From: Escherichia phage vB_EcoM_Lh1B
Direction: 5' to 3' (one strand)
DNA: 64,000 nt
Sequence record: OK428535.1
The translations under genes and the position numbers were made by a program. Every line of letters starts with the position of its first letter. Position 1 is the first letter of the stretch. The notes beneath the pieces are model-generated. The model did no database searches. It had not been told where the DNA came from and worked only from the letters and a program-made list of their open reading frames with translations. Positions 56,501-64,000 of this stretch are shown here, in pieces.

Positions 56501-57736
56501 AAAAAGGACCTCGATAAACTGAAGCCAGGTGAGGCACTGTCATTTATTGATGGCTTGGTGCCGGATACCCTGATGGACGATGCTAAGCGTCAGAACTTCG
56601 TTGGGATTCAATTCGGTTCTGCGACCAGTTGTGTTGGCGCAACCACCACACCGTATCGTACCGAGCAAGAAAAGTTCGTGGCACACCGTACTTCTGTGAA
56701 GCACGCACGCGTAATCGATAAACCTGGCAAGATTGTGGAGGTTCTTAACGACCACGTTAAAATCAAATACGACGACGGAGAGGAAGAAGCTTTCCCACTG
56801 GGCCGTTGGTTCGGTCCGCACGAAGGGACTTACTACCCACACACCCTGGTAACGAAATGGAAGCGCGGAGATAAACTCCCTGCCGGTGCCGTTATCACGT
56901 ACAACGAACAACACTTTGAACCAGACATCTACGATCCAACGCAGGTCAGTTTTAAAAACGGGATACTGGCAACTGTCGCTTTGATTGAAGGGGAAGAAGT
57001 AATTGAGGACTCCAACGCCATTAGTGAGCGGTTCGCTGCTAAGGCTGAAGCCGATGTTACCAAACTCAAAGAAGTCACAATGACGTTTACCCAGAACCTG
57101 TTGGAGATGGTAAAAGAAGGGGACCACGTAGACGTGGATTCAATTCTATGCACCTTCACCGACAACCTGACCGGCGATATGAGCGGGTTCAGTAAAGAAG
57201 CAGCGGAAACGCTGCGTGAGTTAAGCTCCTTTGCACCACGCTCTGGTGTTCGTGGGTTTATCGACAAAATCGAAGTGGTTTACCACGGCGAGGTGGAAGA
57301 TATGACCCCGTCTTTGGCGGAGATGGTTCGTAAATACGACCGTATACGTCGGAAGACTGCGCTGGCTCTCAAACGTGACGAGCCGAAGGATGGTCGAGTC
57401 AACGGTGATTTTCGTGTTGAGGGGGTGCCGTTAGCGTACAATAGCCTGTGTGTCCGATTCTACATCACACACCGGGTAGAGATGGCAGCAGCGGATAAGA
57501 TGGTTATTGCTAACCAGCTGAAAACGACGGTTCAGGAAGTGATGTATGGAACCAACAAAACGGAAGACGGGCAGGAACTCGACATTATCTTTGGTCGTGA
57601 TTCCGTCGACGCACGTATCGTAGGTTCTATCATGCGCATCGGAACCACCAACGCTGTCGGGTATCGTGGTGGGGAGAATATCGGACGCATCTTAGATGGT
57701 GAAGACGTCCCAGCCTTGCCGGCTAAAATCAACTAA
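53531..57736 (+). CDS. RNA polymerase beta-like subunit, N-terminal and middle part
   Basis: [38 protein letters not shown] aligns with RpoB [64 protein letters not shown] aligns with MPWNGYNFEDSILVSERV; C-terminal RpoB region absent. Confidence 0.75.
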   Translation: [1401 protein letters not shown]

Positions 57737-57783
57737 TGTAGGGCGGGTCGCTCCCGCCCGGTAAATAAACTCCGGAGTTAATA

Positions 57784-58077
57784 ATGGGAATTTTAGATAC
57801 GCTCAAGCAGCAGCATGGGATTCCGGTGGGTCGTAATAGCACGAATCCGGAAACGGAAGGTTATTCCCCACAGCAACGCATGAACTTTGTTGTTCTGGGC
57901 AATGCGGTTGAATTGGCCACCGAAATTATTCACGGACTGCTGAAGGGCAGCAATGGCCTGTCTGACCGCATGGGCGATCAGCGTTTGCTGAAACGAGACA
58001 TCGCTGATATGGTGGGTGCGCGTATTACTGGTCGCATCCAGGATTCTATCAGCACCAAAAACGGGGGTCAGGCATGA
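57784..58077 (+). CDS. hypothetical protein (97 aa)
   Basis: ORF track; overlapping stop-start with next gene. Confidence 0.5.
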   Translation: MGILDTLKQQHGIPVGRNSTNPETEGYSPQQRMNFVVLGNAVELATEIIHGLLKGSNGLSDRMGDQRLLKRDIADMVGARITGRIQDSISTKNGGQA

Positions 58078-59549
58078 TCAACTTATATTCACTTAATGCT
58101 GTCACCAACGCAATGAAACTGGCGAAACAACACCAGGTTCGTTTGGAAGCTGACGTTGACAGTCCTGTTGGTCTACTGACAAAAGCGACTACGCAGCAGA
58201 GCGTTTTCGATACGCAGATAACTGACGAAGAGTTCTTCCAGTCTCTGCCGGATATCACTGCACTGAAAACACCACAATCTGGCACGGGCGAAGCGTCTGT
58301 AATCGCAGATACTGCAGCGGGTCCAGAAACGCTGAACGTCGAAGACCACGAACCGACACTGTTCGAACTGAAACGTATGGCTATCCAACGTTGTCAGGGT
58401 ATGCTTGACTTTGCCCGTAACGTTATTCAGCCGTTTGTTCAACTGGTTATCCAAAACAACCAGGGTATTGAAAACCNGGCNGTTNGNGAANAATGGGNAC
58501 TTGTGCCTGCAGGTATGGACCCGGCGTTGAACTCCCCGGTGGTACAGGCATTAATTGATTCGGTAGAAAACCCGCTGGGCAATGGTACTACGCACCCTGC
58601 AGTTAAAGCCAACGTCCCTGCTGATATCGAACTGCCAGAAACCGGCAGCAAAGCTTACGACGATCTGGTTAAAGAACTGTTGAATGCGCTGGGTTGGAAT
58701 ATCAACGAAGCCGTTCGCAACATGCTCGAAGGGAACATGCTCTCTCCGGTAAGCGACCAGGCACCACACAACCTGAAACGCAACATTCTGTTTATGCTNC
58801 TTTCTGGCTNCTACCTGGAAATGCCGTGGAAAGACTCTGGTCTGAATAGCGGGCAGTGGAAAGCACAGATGCTGCCGTTGCATTACAGCTATATCGGTTG
58901 GGTTTACGCCTACACCCAGAACATCGTTACCCGCATCAAGACCGGTAACATTGTCTTCGGATACGACAACGTTGAGAAGAAAGTGTATATCTGTCAGGAA
59001 GTGATGGACGACTATCTGGAAAAAGGCGGTAGCGTTGAAGCGTTACTGGGCGCTATCTACCAGCTGGACGAAGGTGACACCAATGTCTCCACGCGTGTAG
59101 CTTCACTGTTGGAAAAACAGAAAGACTACATCGCTGCCTGGGGCCACCGTTCTGCGATTCAGCGTGCTAAGCTCGACAGCAGTTGGGTAACACGCAATCG
59201 CCAGTCACTGAAACAAGCGTTTAACGTGGCTATCGATGCGACCGATCCTGAACTGTTCTGGCGTGGACAGGACGGTCAGGTAGCAACGCCGGAGTTCGTT
59301 AAGAAATCAACGGCAAGCTTCATCGATTCGTTCTTCACCACCGACACCACAGACATCACTGAGTTCGTTATCAAGGTCTCCGCGACTGAGGTCTTCGGTG
59401 AATACGAACTGTCCAAGCTGATGCTGGATATTCATCGTGGTATGATTGCTAACCGTCAACCTGACGAGGTGGCAACCGACTGGATGATTAACTACGTCCT
59501 GGATTGGATTTGTGGCGGTGTGGTTATTTCTGTACCGAGCAAAGTTTAA
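58074..59549 (+). CDS. hypothetical protein (491 aa), possibly virion-associated
   Basis: Long ORF in the RNAP/structural neighbourhood. Confidence 0.7.
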   Translation: MINLYSLNAVTNAMKLAKQHQVRLEADVDSPVGLLTKATTQQSVFDTQITDEEFFQSLPDITALKTPQSGTGEASVIADTAAGPETLNVEDHEPTLFELKRMAIQRCQGMLDFARNVIQPFVQLVIQNNQGIENXXVXEXWXLVPAGMDPALNSPVVQALIDSVENPLGNGTTHPAVKANVPADIELPETGSKAYDDLVKELLNALGWNINEAVRNMLEGNMLSPVSDQAPHNLKRNILFMXLSGXYLEMPWKDSGLNSGQWKAQMLPLHYSYIGWVYAYTQNIVTRIKTGNIVFGYDNVEKKVYICQEVMDDYLEKGGSVEALLGAIYQLDEGDTNVSTRVASLLEKQKDYIAAWGHRSAIQRAKLDSSWVTRNRQSLKQAFNVAIDATDPELFWRGQDGQVATPEFVKKSTASFIDSFFTTDTTDITEFVIKVSATEVFGEYELSKLMLDIHRGMIANRQPDEVATDWMINYVLDWICGGVVISVPSKV

Positions 59550-59564
59550 TAAAGAGAGGTGGTC

Positions 59565-60287
59565 ATGAGCGCCATTGAAACAGCACGTCGTGACGCGACG
59601 AAAATTCATGCAGATTTAGTGGACCAAGGCACGGCCACCATCACCAAAGGGGGATGTTACATTTACATCCCTGTTGGCTTCGTGGCTAAAGAGCTGGCGG
59701 TAATTTCTTCGCAAGTCGAAATCGTCGGCATTTTCGCTATCTCCACTGACCGCAAAACCTACGGGGTATCGAACGTCACGACGTTCATTGAAATTACCCC
59801 GTCGGCGTTTGAGGAAATTGACGTTCAGGGTGTGCCGTATTACGAGTTCCGTTTTGACCCCGGCACGGTGGTGTTCCCCAACCGAATGCTGCAAGTGCTA
59901 TCCTCGCCAGTCTACAACATCGCTTCGTACATCTACGACTTCGGAAACCGGCCTTTCTGGTACACCGCAGTAGATGACGCTGAGCTATTGTCTGACACTA
60001 AGACGTGGAACGGCTTTACGGTCTTTAACGACCAGATCACCGCTGACTGTTATGCTGCCCACACACAGCGTAAGGTTGGCGACCCGCGGACGTATTTCCG
60101 CTACACCCTGAAAAAAGACAGCGATTTGATGAATCGGGTGCAGTTTATTCCGCTGCGTTCAGGTTCATTGAACAAAACTTCCCGGTTGGCCAAGATTGCA
60201 GATGTGGAACTGAAACAGGGTATCCGTTCTGCACTCCAGGTCGATCCGGTACGTGCAGAGCCACTCGAGGATTTGTATATGAGGTAA
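59565..60287 (+). CDS. hypothetical protein (240 aa)
   Basis: ATG 59565 with GAGAGG upstream. Confidence 0.65.
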   Translation: MSAIETARRDATKIHADLVDQGTATITKGGCYIYIPVGFVAKELAVISSQVEIVGIFAISTDRKTYGVSNVTTFIEITPSAFEEIDVQGVPYYEFRFDPGTVVFPNRMLQVLSSPVYNIASYIYDFGNRPFWYTAVDDAELLSDTKTWNGFTVFNDQITADCYAAHTQRKVGDPRTYFRYTLKKDSDLMNRVQFIPLRSGSLNKTSRLAKIADVELKQGIRSALQVDPVRAEPLEDLYMR

Positions 60288-60349
60288 CTGAGGTAGGGTT
60301 ATTGTACGTCCCCAATAACCCGCTTCGGTAATAACAACTGGGGAAACCA

Positions 60350-61153
60350 ATGGAAAACTTGTCACTACGTTATAACTGCGTGGCACTCGCTGGGGTCAAT
60401 AAAGGGGCAACGCTAAAGAAAGATGCGGACGGATATTACTACGTCCTGTTAGGTGCATTGAATATTTTCAACTCTGAGAATATTTACTACGCCTATAACG
60501 AGTCAAAACATGTCTTCGAGCGCTCTAACGTTTTCATGCGTAAAGTTTTGGCGGGGAATCTCTTCGGTGAAGAAGACCATCCGCAATACGAACAAGGCAT
60601 GAGCGAAGCCCAGTGGATCGAACGTAACGAATGGATCGAAACGCGTAACGTGTGTATGCACATTCGCGAAGTAGAAGTGAAGCCGACCGACCAGATGTGT
60701 AACGGTCTGCCGGTGATGGAAATTTGGGGTTGGATTAAACCTAACCGTGAACGTGGTCCGCTTCTGGCGGAAGCACTAGAGAACCCACATCAGAACGTGT
60801 GTTTCTCACTGCGTGCTATCGTTCGTGAAGGTCGTCTGGGTACGACAATCGTACGCCGCATCGATAAACTGGTCACCTTTGACTGGGTTATTGAAGATGG
60901 TCTGCAAATCTGTAACAAATACTCTGCGATTCAACGCGGTAGTAAAGTGGCACAGGAATCCACTCGCACTTACGTCGACCGTCCTATTAGTCGTCAGGTG
61001 CTGGAAGACATCCTGTACAATCCGACAACGACCAGCGCTGTTGCCACTGAGTCCCGTCGTGGCGCTCTCCAGCAACTCGCGCAGGAATACCTGCAGCTGG
61101 CTCCGAAAGTGTCCAATCTGCGGGTAATGGGCATGGGTGTAAGGAGCTGGTAA
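60350..61153 (+). CDS. hypothetical protein (267 aa)
   Basis: ORF track. Confidence 0.7.
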   Translation: MENLSLRYNCVALAGVNKGATLKKDADGYYYVLLGALNIFNSENIYYAYNESKHVFERSNVFMRKVLAGNLFGEEDHPQYEQGMSEAQWIERNEWIETRNVCMHIREVEVKPTDQMCNGLPVMEIWGWIKPNRERGPLLAEALENPHQNVCFSLRAIVREGRLGTTIVRRIDKLVTFDWVIEDGLQICNKYSAIQRGSKVAQESTRTYVDRPISRQVLEDILYNPTTTSAVATESRRGALQQLAQEYLQLAPKVSNLRVMGMGVRSW

Positions 61154-61156
61154 AAA

Positions 61157-61786
61157 ATGGCAGAACATGTCGACCCGTCATTAGAGCGGTGGTGTGAACG
61201 CCAGATGCCGCACGTCGCCAAAAAGTTGACGTTACGTAAACTGACTGAACAGCCGCTGCATTTAAGCAAGTGTAAGATACCGACGTTTTCGCCGCGTATC
61301 CCACTTTCGTGCGCGCCAGATGAAGACAAGACCGTGCCCAGGATTTGCTGCTCGGTAGATTTAGAGCGAGCGATTAAGGGTGCACGTCACAACTTCTCTG
61401 CAATCGAAATACCCACACGATTGTATCTTTACGGTTTTGATGAACGTGATGTAGCGCAGCCTTCGGTCAACCTGACACAGGAACCGAATCGGGCGGGTGA
61501 AGTATGGATTGTACCACACCGCATGTCGAACTGGGATATCAAACCGATTTACCTGGGCGAGATGCGATTGTCAGAACTTCGCAACGGTGGTCATGTTTTT
61601 GTCTATCACTTAAGTTTCGGACAAGATGTGCGCCTGTCTACCAGTCAACTGCTGAAAGCCGGCGAGTTTTATCGGCTGATTATCAGCGTCAACTGGGAGC
61701 GCGGTGAAGTTAAGGTCTCGGAGGCGGTCGCCACTGCGCGTACTGCTTTTGATAACGCACTGAACGAATACGTCGTTTCACCGTAG
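61157..61786 (+). CDS. hypothetical protein (209 aa)
   Basis: ORF track. Confidence 0.65.
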   Translation: MAEHVDPSLERWCERQMPHVAKKLTLRKLTEQPLHLSKCKIPTFSPRIPLSCAPDEDKTVPRICCSVDLERAIKGARHNFSAIEIPTRLYLYGFDERDVAQPSVNLTQEPNRAGEVWIVPHRMSNWDIKPIYLGEMRLSELRNGGHVFVYHLSFGQDVRLSTSQLLKAGEFYRLIISVNWERGEVKVSEAVATARTAFDNALNEYVVSP

Positions 61787-61841
61787 TGCCTAGTTCGTGG
61801 TCTGCAAATCACAACTAAAAACCACTACAGTAGGGGGACGC

Positions 61842-62141
61842 ATGAAGGTCGTTAACATCGCAATACCTCCGACCCTTCGTTGTTTGACGCCGGAAGAACT
61901 GAAAGCGTTAGCGATCTACGCTATCCAAGGAAAGGCTGGTAAAGAAGTGCTTGCCGAAATCTTATCGAAACGTTTTGATACAAAACGCAAGGTTAATAAC
62001 ATTATCTCCGGAATCGCGTCGCTAGATATCATGGCACTCTATTGCGACATTAAAGAGGCTGGAGTGACAATCGACTATCGCCGTACTTACTTTCTACTCA
62101 CTGAGCCGTATCGTTCGAATATGGCAATAAAGCAGATGTAA
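61842..62141 (+). CDS. hypothetical protein (99 aa)
   Basis: ATG 61842 with TAGGGGGA upstream. Confidence 0.55.
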   Translation: MKVVNIAIPPTLRCLTPEELKALAIYAIQGKAGKEVLAEILSKRFDTKRKVNNIISGIASLDIMALYCDIKEAGVTIDYRRTYFLLTEPYRSNMAIKQM

Positions 62142-62194
62142 TTTTTTACATGACGTTGGTTTCATGTGTTGGGGAACAAAATAAGGACAAGAAA

Positions 62195-62743
62195 ATGTTT
62201 TATCTGGATAGCGATGGCGTTTTTGCACGCTGGCGTAAATACGTTTTATCCACACATTTTCCCGGAANGACGATTAAAGAGTTTAACGCATTACCTGAAC
62301 TCCGCCGTCGTAGTTTGGTTCGTTCGATGTATCAGAACGATCCTGACTTGTTTTACAAACTCGAACCAATTGAGGGTGTAGAGCGAATCCTGGAAACGGT
62401 AGATAGACTTTGCGACAGTTGGGCAATACTCACCTCTGGGTCAGAAGATCACTACGACCACCAATTGGTTGTGGATTCAAAACAACGGTGGTTCATGAAG
62501 CACTTTGGGGTACCAGCTGACAAAGTCATCGTCACCGAAAGTTCAGGGCAGAAGAAAGCTTACGCCTCGCGAGGTAATTTGCTTGTCGACGATTATGGTC
62601 GTAACTGTCGAGAATGGATTTTGCAAGGTGGTGCGGCGATATGGTCGCGAACTGAAGAACCGAACATTGATGGCATTTGCCTCCAGTGTGAAGCGTTCTA
62701 CAATGACCCGATTACTCACTCGGGGACACTACTGCAAGTCTAA
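62195..62743 (+). CDS. HAD-superfamily phosphatase, 5'(3')-deoxyribonucleotidase-like
   Basis: Start ATG 62195 (AAGGACAAG upstream); N-terminal FYLDSDGVF (DxDGV motif I), LTSGS and LLVDDYGRN (DD motif IV). Confidence 0.6.
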   Translation: MFYLDSDGVFARWRKYVLSTHFPGXTIKEFNALPELRRRSLVRSMYQNDPDLFYKLEPIEGVERILETVDRLCDSWAILTSGSEDHYDHQLVVDSKQRWFMKHFGVPADKVIVTESSGQKKAYASRGNLLVDDYGRNCREWILQGGAAIWSRTEEPNIDGICLQCEAFYNDPITHSGTLLQV

Positions 62744-62752
62744 GCTCTACTA

Positions 62753-62796
62753 GGCTCATCCTATCTTCGGATACGGGTGAGCCTTTTTATTTTATT
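62753..62796 (+). terminator. intrinsic terminator
   Basis: GGCTCATCC...GGGTGAGCC stem (one mismatch) followed by TTTTTATTTTATT. Confidence 0.6.
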
Positions 62797-62814
62797 AATT
62801 GCATTCAAAAAGAA

Positions 62815-62840
62815 CTGAGATATATATTACTTAGGTGAGC
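62815..62840 (+). promoter_or_regulatory. class A upstream motif (phage promoter-like)
   Basis: CTGAGATATATATTACTTAGGTGAGC; downstream of terminator, followed by hairpin AGCGTTA-CACG-TAACGCT (62838-62856). Confidence 0.5.
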
Positions 62841-62856
62841 GTTACACGTTAACGCT

Positions 62857-62872
62857 TTAATCGACTATTACC
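62857..62872 (+). promoter_or_regulatory. class B upstream motif
   Basis: TTAATCGACTATTACC after hairpin, before GAAGGAG RBS. Confidence 0.45.
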
Positions 62873-62889
62873 CAGAAGGAGTATTTACA

Positions 62890-63288
62890 ATGACTAACCA
62901 ACTACGCCAAGACCCGTTTGTTGCCATGATGCTTTGTGCTAAAGCCGAGAGCAACGAAGCCGATTTAATTCGTCTGTTGACTGATGACGAATACCTTATC
63001 TCTGAACGTGATAAACGTTTAGAAGAACTCTATAAGCCAGAAACCGGTGAATCGCTCGGTAATCAAAACGCCTGGAAATTTCTTATTCTCGTAGCTGATG
63101 AAAAATGGCGAGCAGAAAATCCCATCGTCTGCGATATTACAGACTTACCGTACAAATACGGCGGACTCATCACTAGCGACCTGCATCTTAAAGCGTTCTT
63201 TGCTGGTGAAGCAATTCAAGAACTGCAAGATGTTCTTGTTACAGCAACAAACACTTTGAGACGTTTACGCGCTGAGCAGCTAATCTGA
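62890..63288 (+). CDS. hypothetical protein (132 aa)
   Basis: GAAGGAG upstream; preceded by class A/class B motifs. Confidence 0.6.
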   Translation: MTNQLRQDPFVAMMLCAKAESNEADLIRLLTDDEYLISERDKRLEELYKPETGESLGNQNAWKFLILVADEKWRAENPIVCDITDLPYKYGGLITSDLHLKAFFAGEAIQELQDVLVTATNTLRRLRAEQLI

Positions 63289-63342
63289 TCCCTCAAAAAT
63301 AACGAATCGTACAAATCCTTTGACTGTGTAGGAAGGAATAAA

Positions 63343-63732
63343 ATGAAAATCGCAGAGGGGTTAGTAGATGCGTGCAGAGACCCATTCACGCTATGGGTTC
63401 TTTGTGGCTTGCGCCGAGACGATCGTTTCGGTGAGTTTGTTCGAAATCCAGATGCTTTACTAAGCTTCGTAGAAAGCGAGGAGAAGCGTTTAGAGGAGAT
63501 TAAAGAGGAAAGTAGTACCCTTACACCAGATATGGTGGTTTATAGCCGTATGACGTCACACAGGTGGCGTACGACCCATCGGCTGAAGGGAACCTCAATG
63601 AAGGAATTGATTGAAGGGTTATCAAAGGCGCTTTCGTCTGATAACATTATCTGGCCGGTGGTGTATACCAACGAAGACCATTCTGATAACGTGAAGGTTA
63701 CACTGACACGTTGTTATCACACATTCTCGTAG
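63343..63732 (+). CDS. hypothetical protein (129 aa)
   Basis: GGAAGGAA upstream. Confidence 0.6.
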   Translation: MKIAEGLVDACRDPFTLWVLCGLRRDDRFGEFVRNPDALLSFVESEEKRLEEIKEESSTLTPDMVVYSRMTSHRWRTTHRLKGTSMKELIEGLSKALSSDNIIWPVVYTNEDHSDNVKVTLTRCYHTFS

Positions 63733-63736
63733 TAGT

Positions 63737-63752
63737 TAATCGACCATTATCG
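63737..63752 (+). promoter_or_regulatory. class B upstream motif
   Basis: TTAATCGACCATTATC about 15 nt before the TAAGGAA RBS of the HD-domain gene. Confidence 0.45.
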
Positions 63753-63766
63753 TAAGGAATATTTAC

Positions 63767-64000
63767 ATGCAGGGCACTGAACTCAACAAACTTTGGGAAA
63801 AACTGGTTCGTCAATTCCGCGACTTCTATCGTTATACCGATAGTGCGCATCGCATGGATCACATCAACTCAGTTAAATCAAATGCGATTCGTATCGCGTA
63901 TATGCTTGGGCAAACCGAACACCTGAAGCTGATACTGATTGCGGTGGCAGCTCACGATATCTTCTCTACCAAAGAAGACCGTGCGTCGCACCACATCAAA
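63767..64000 (+). CDS. HD-domain phosphohydrolase-like protein, 5' part (continues past right edge)
   Basis: ATG 63767 with TAAGGAA upstream; ...SAHRMDHINSV...IAVAAHDIFS fits the H...HD signature; no stop before window end. Confidence 0.5.
   Translation, partial: MQGTELNKLWEKLVRQFRDFYRYTDSAHRMDHINSVKSNAIRIAYMLGQTEHLKLILIAVAAHDIFSTKEDRASHHIK

Noticed and set aside
1-64000. tRNA, rRNA, CRISPR arrays, integrase or transposase
   Set aside because: Intergenic regions are short and are explained by terminators and promoter-like motifs; no T-loop-like GTTCRANYC cloverleaf candidates, no regularly spaced direct repeats, and no recombinase or transposase motifs found by eye.
1-64000. Clusters of n as a biological signal (for example modified bases)
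   Set aside because: They behave like sequencing ambiguity (irregular spacing, inside otherwise intact ORFs); nothing in the sequence ties them to a specific base context I could verify.

Overview
This window reads as a densely coding segment of a large lytic phage genome, most likely a phiKZ-like (nucleus-forming, Chimalliviridae-type) jumbo phage of an enterobacterial host. The call rests on two adjacent genes that align to conserved blocks of bacterial RNA polymerase beta-prime and beta (split, divergent subunits) and sit next to a >2300-aa protein with a lytic transglycosylase motif near its C-terminus. No BLAST or HMM search was run; all assignments come from reading the six-frame track and motifs by eye. 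About 80 CDS are supported, mostly with AAGGAG/GAGG-type ribosome-binding sites and frequent ATGA/TAATG stop-start overlaps. Strand blocks: + 409-16460, - 16518-18531, + 18556-26290, - 26342-27097, + 27196-30715, - 30663-31133, + 31210-41846, - 41903-51722, + 51899-64000, plus a minus-strand ORF running off the left edge. Recognisable products: SbcC/Rad50-like ATPase with a CxxC hook, TARG1/DarG-like macrodomain, two SLT-type transglycosylase motifs, DnaQ-like DEDDh exonuclease followed by an RNase HI fusion, ThyA with two in-frame insertions, MazG-like, HAD-type and HD-type nucleotide enzymes, and a possible GNAT. At least 15 hairpin plus T-run intrinsic terminators (several bidirectional) and two families of conserved upstream motifs are present. 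No rRNA, tRNA, CRISPR array, integrase or transposase was found. There is no single obvious novel system; the strongest candidates for follow-up are the macrodomain (possible anti-ADP-ribosylation counter-defence), a tandem family of small exported cysteine proteins, a translationally coupled chain of tiny membrane peptides, and the promoter-hairpin-terminator leader architecture. Clusters of ambiguous bases (n) fall on several conserved motifs and limit confidence there.
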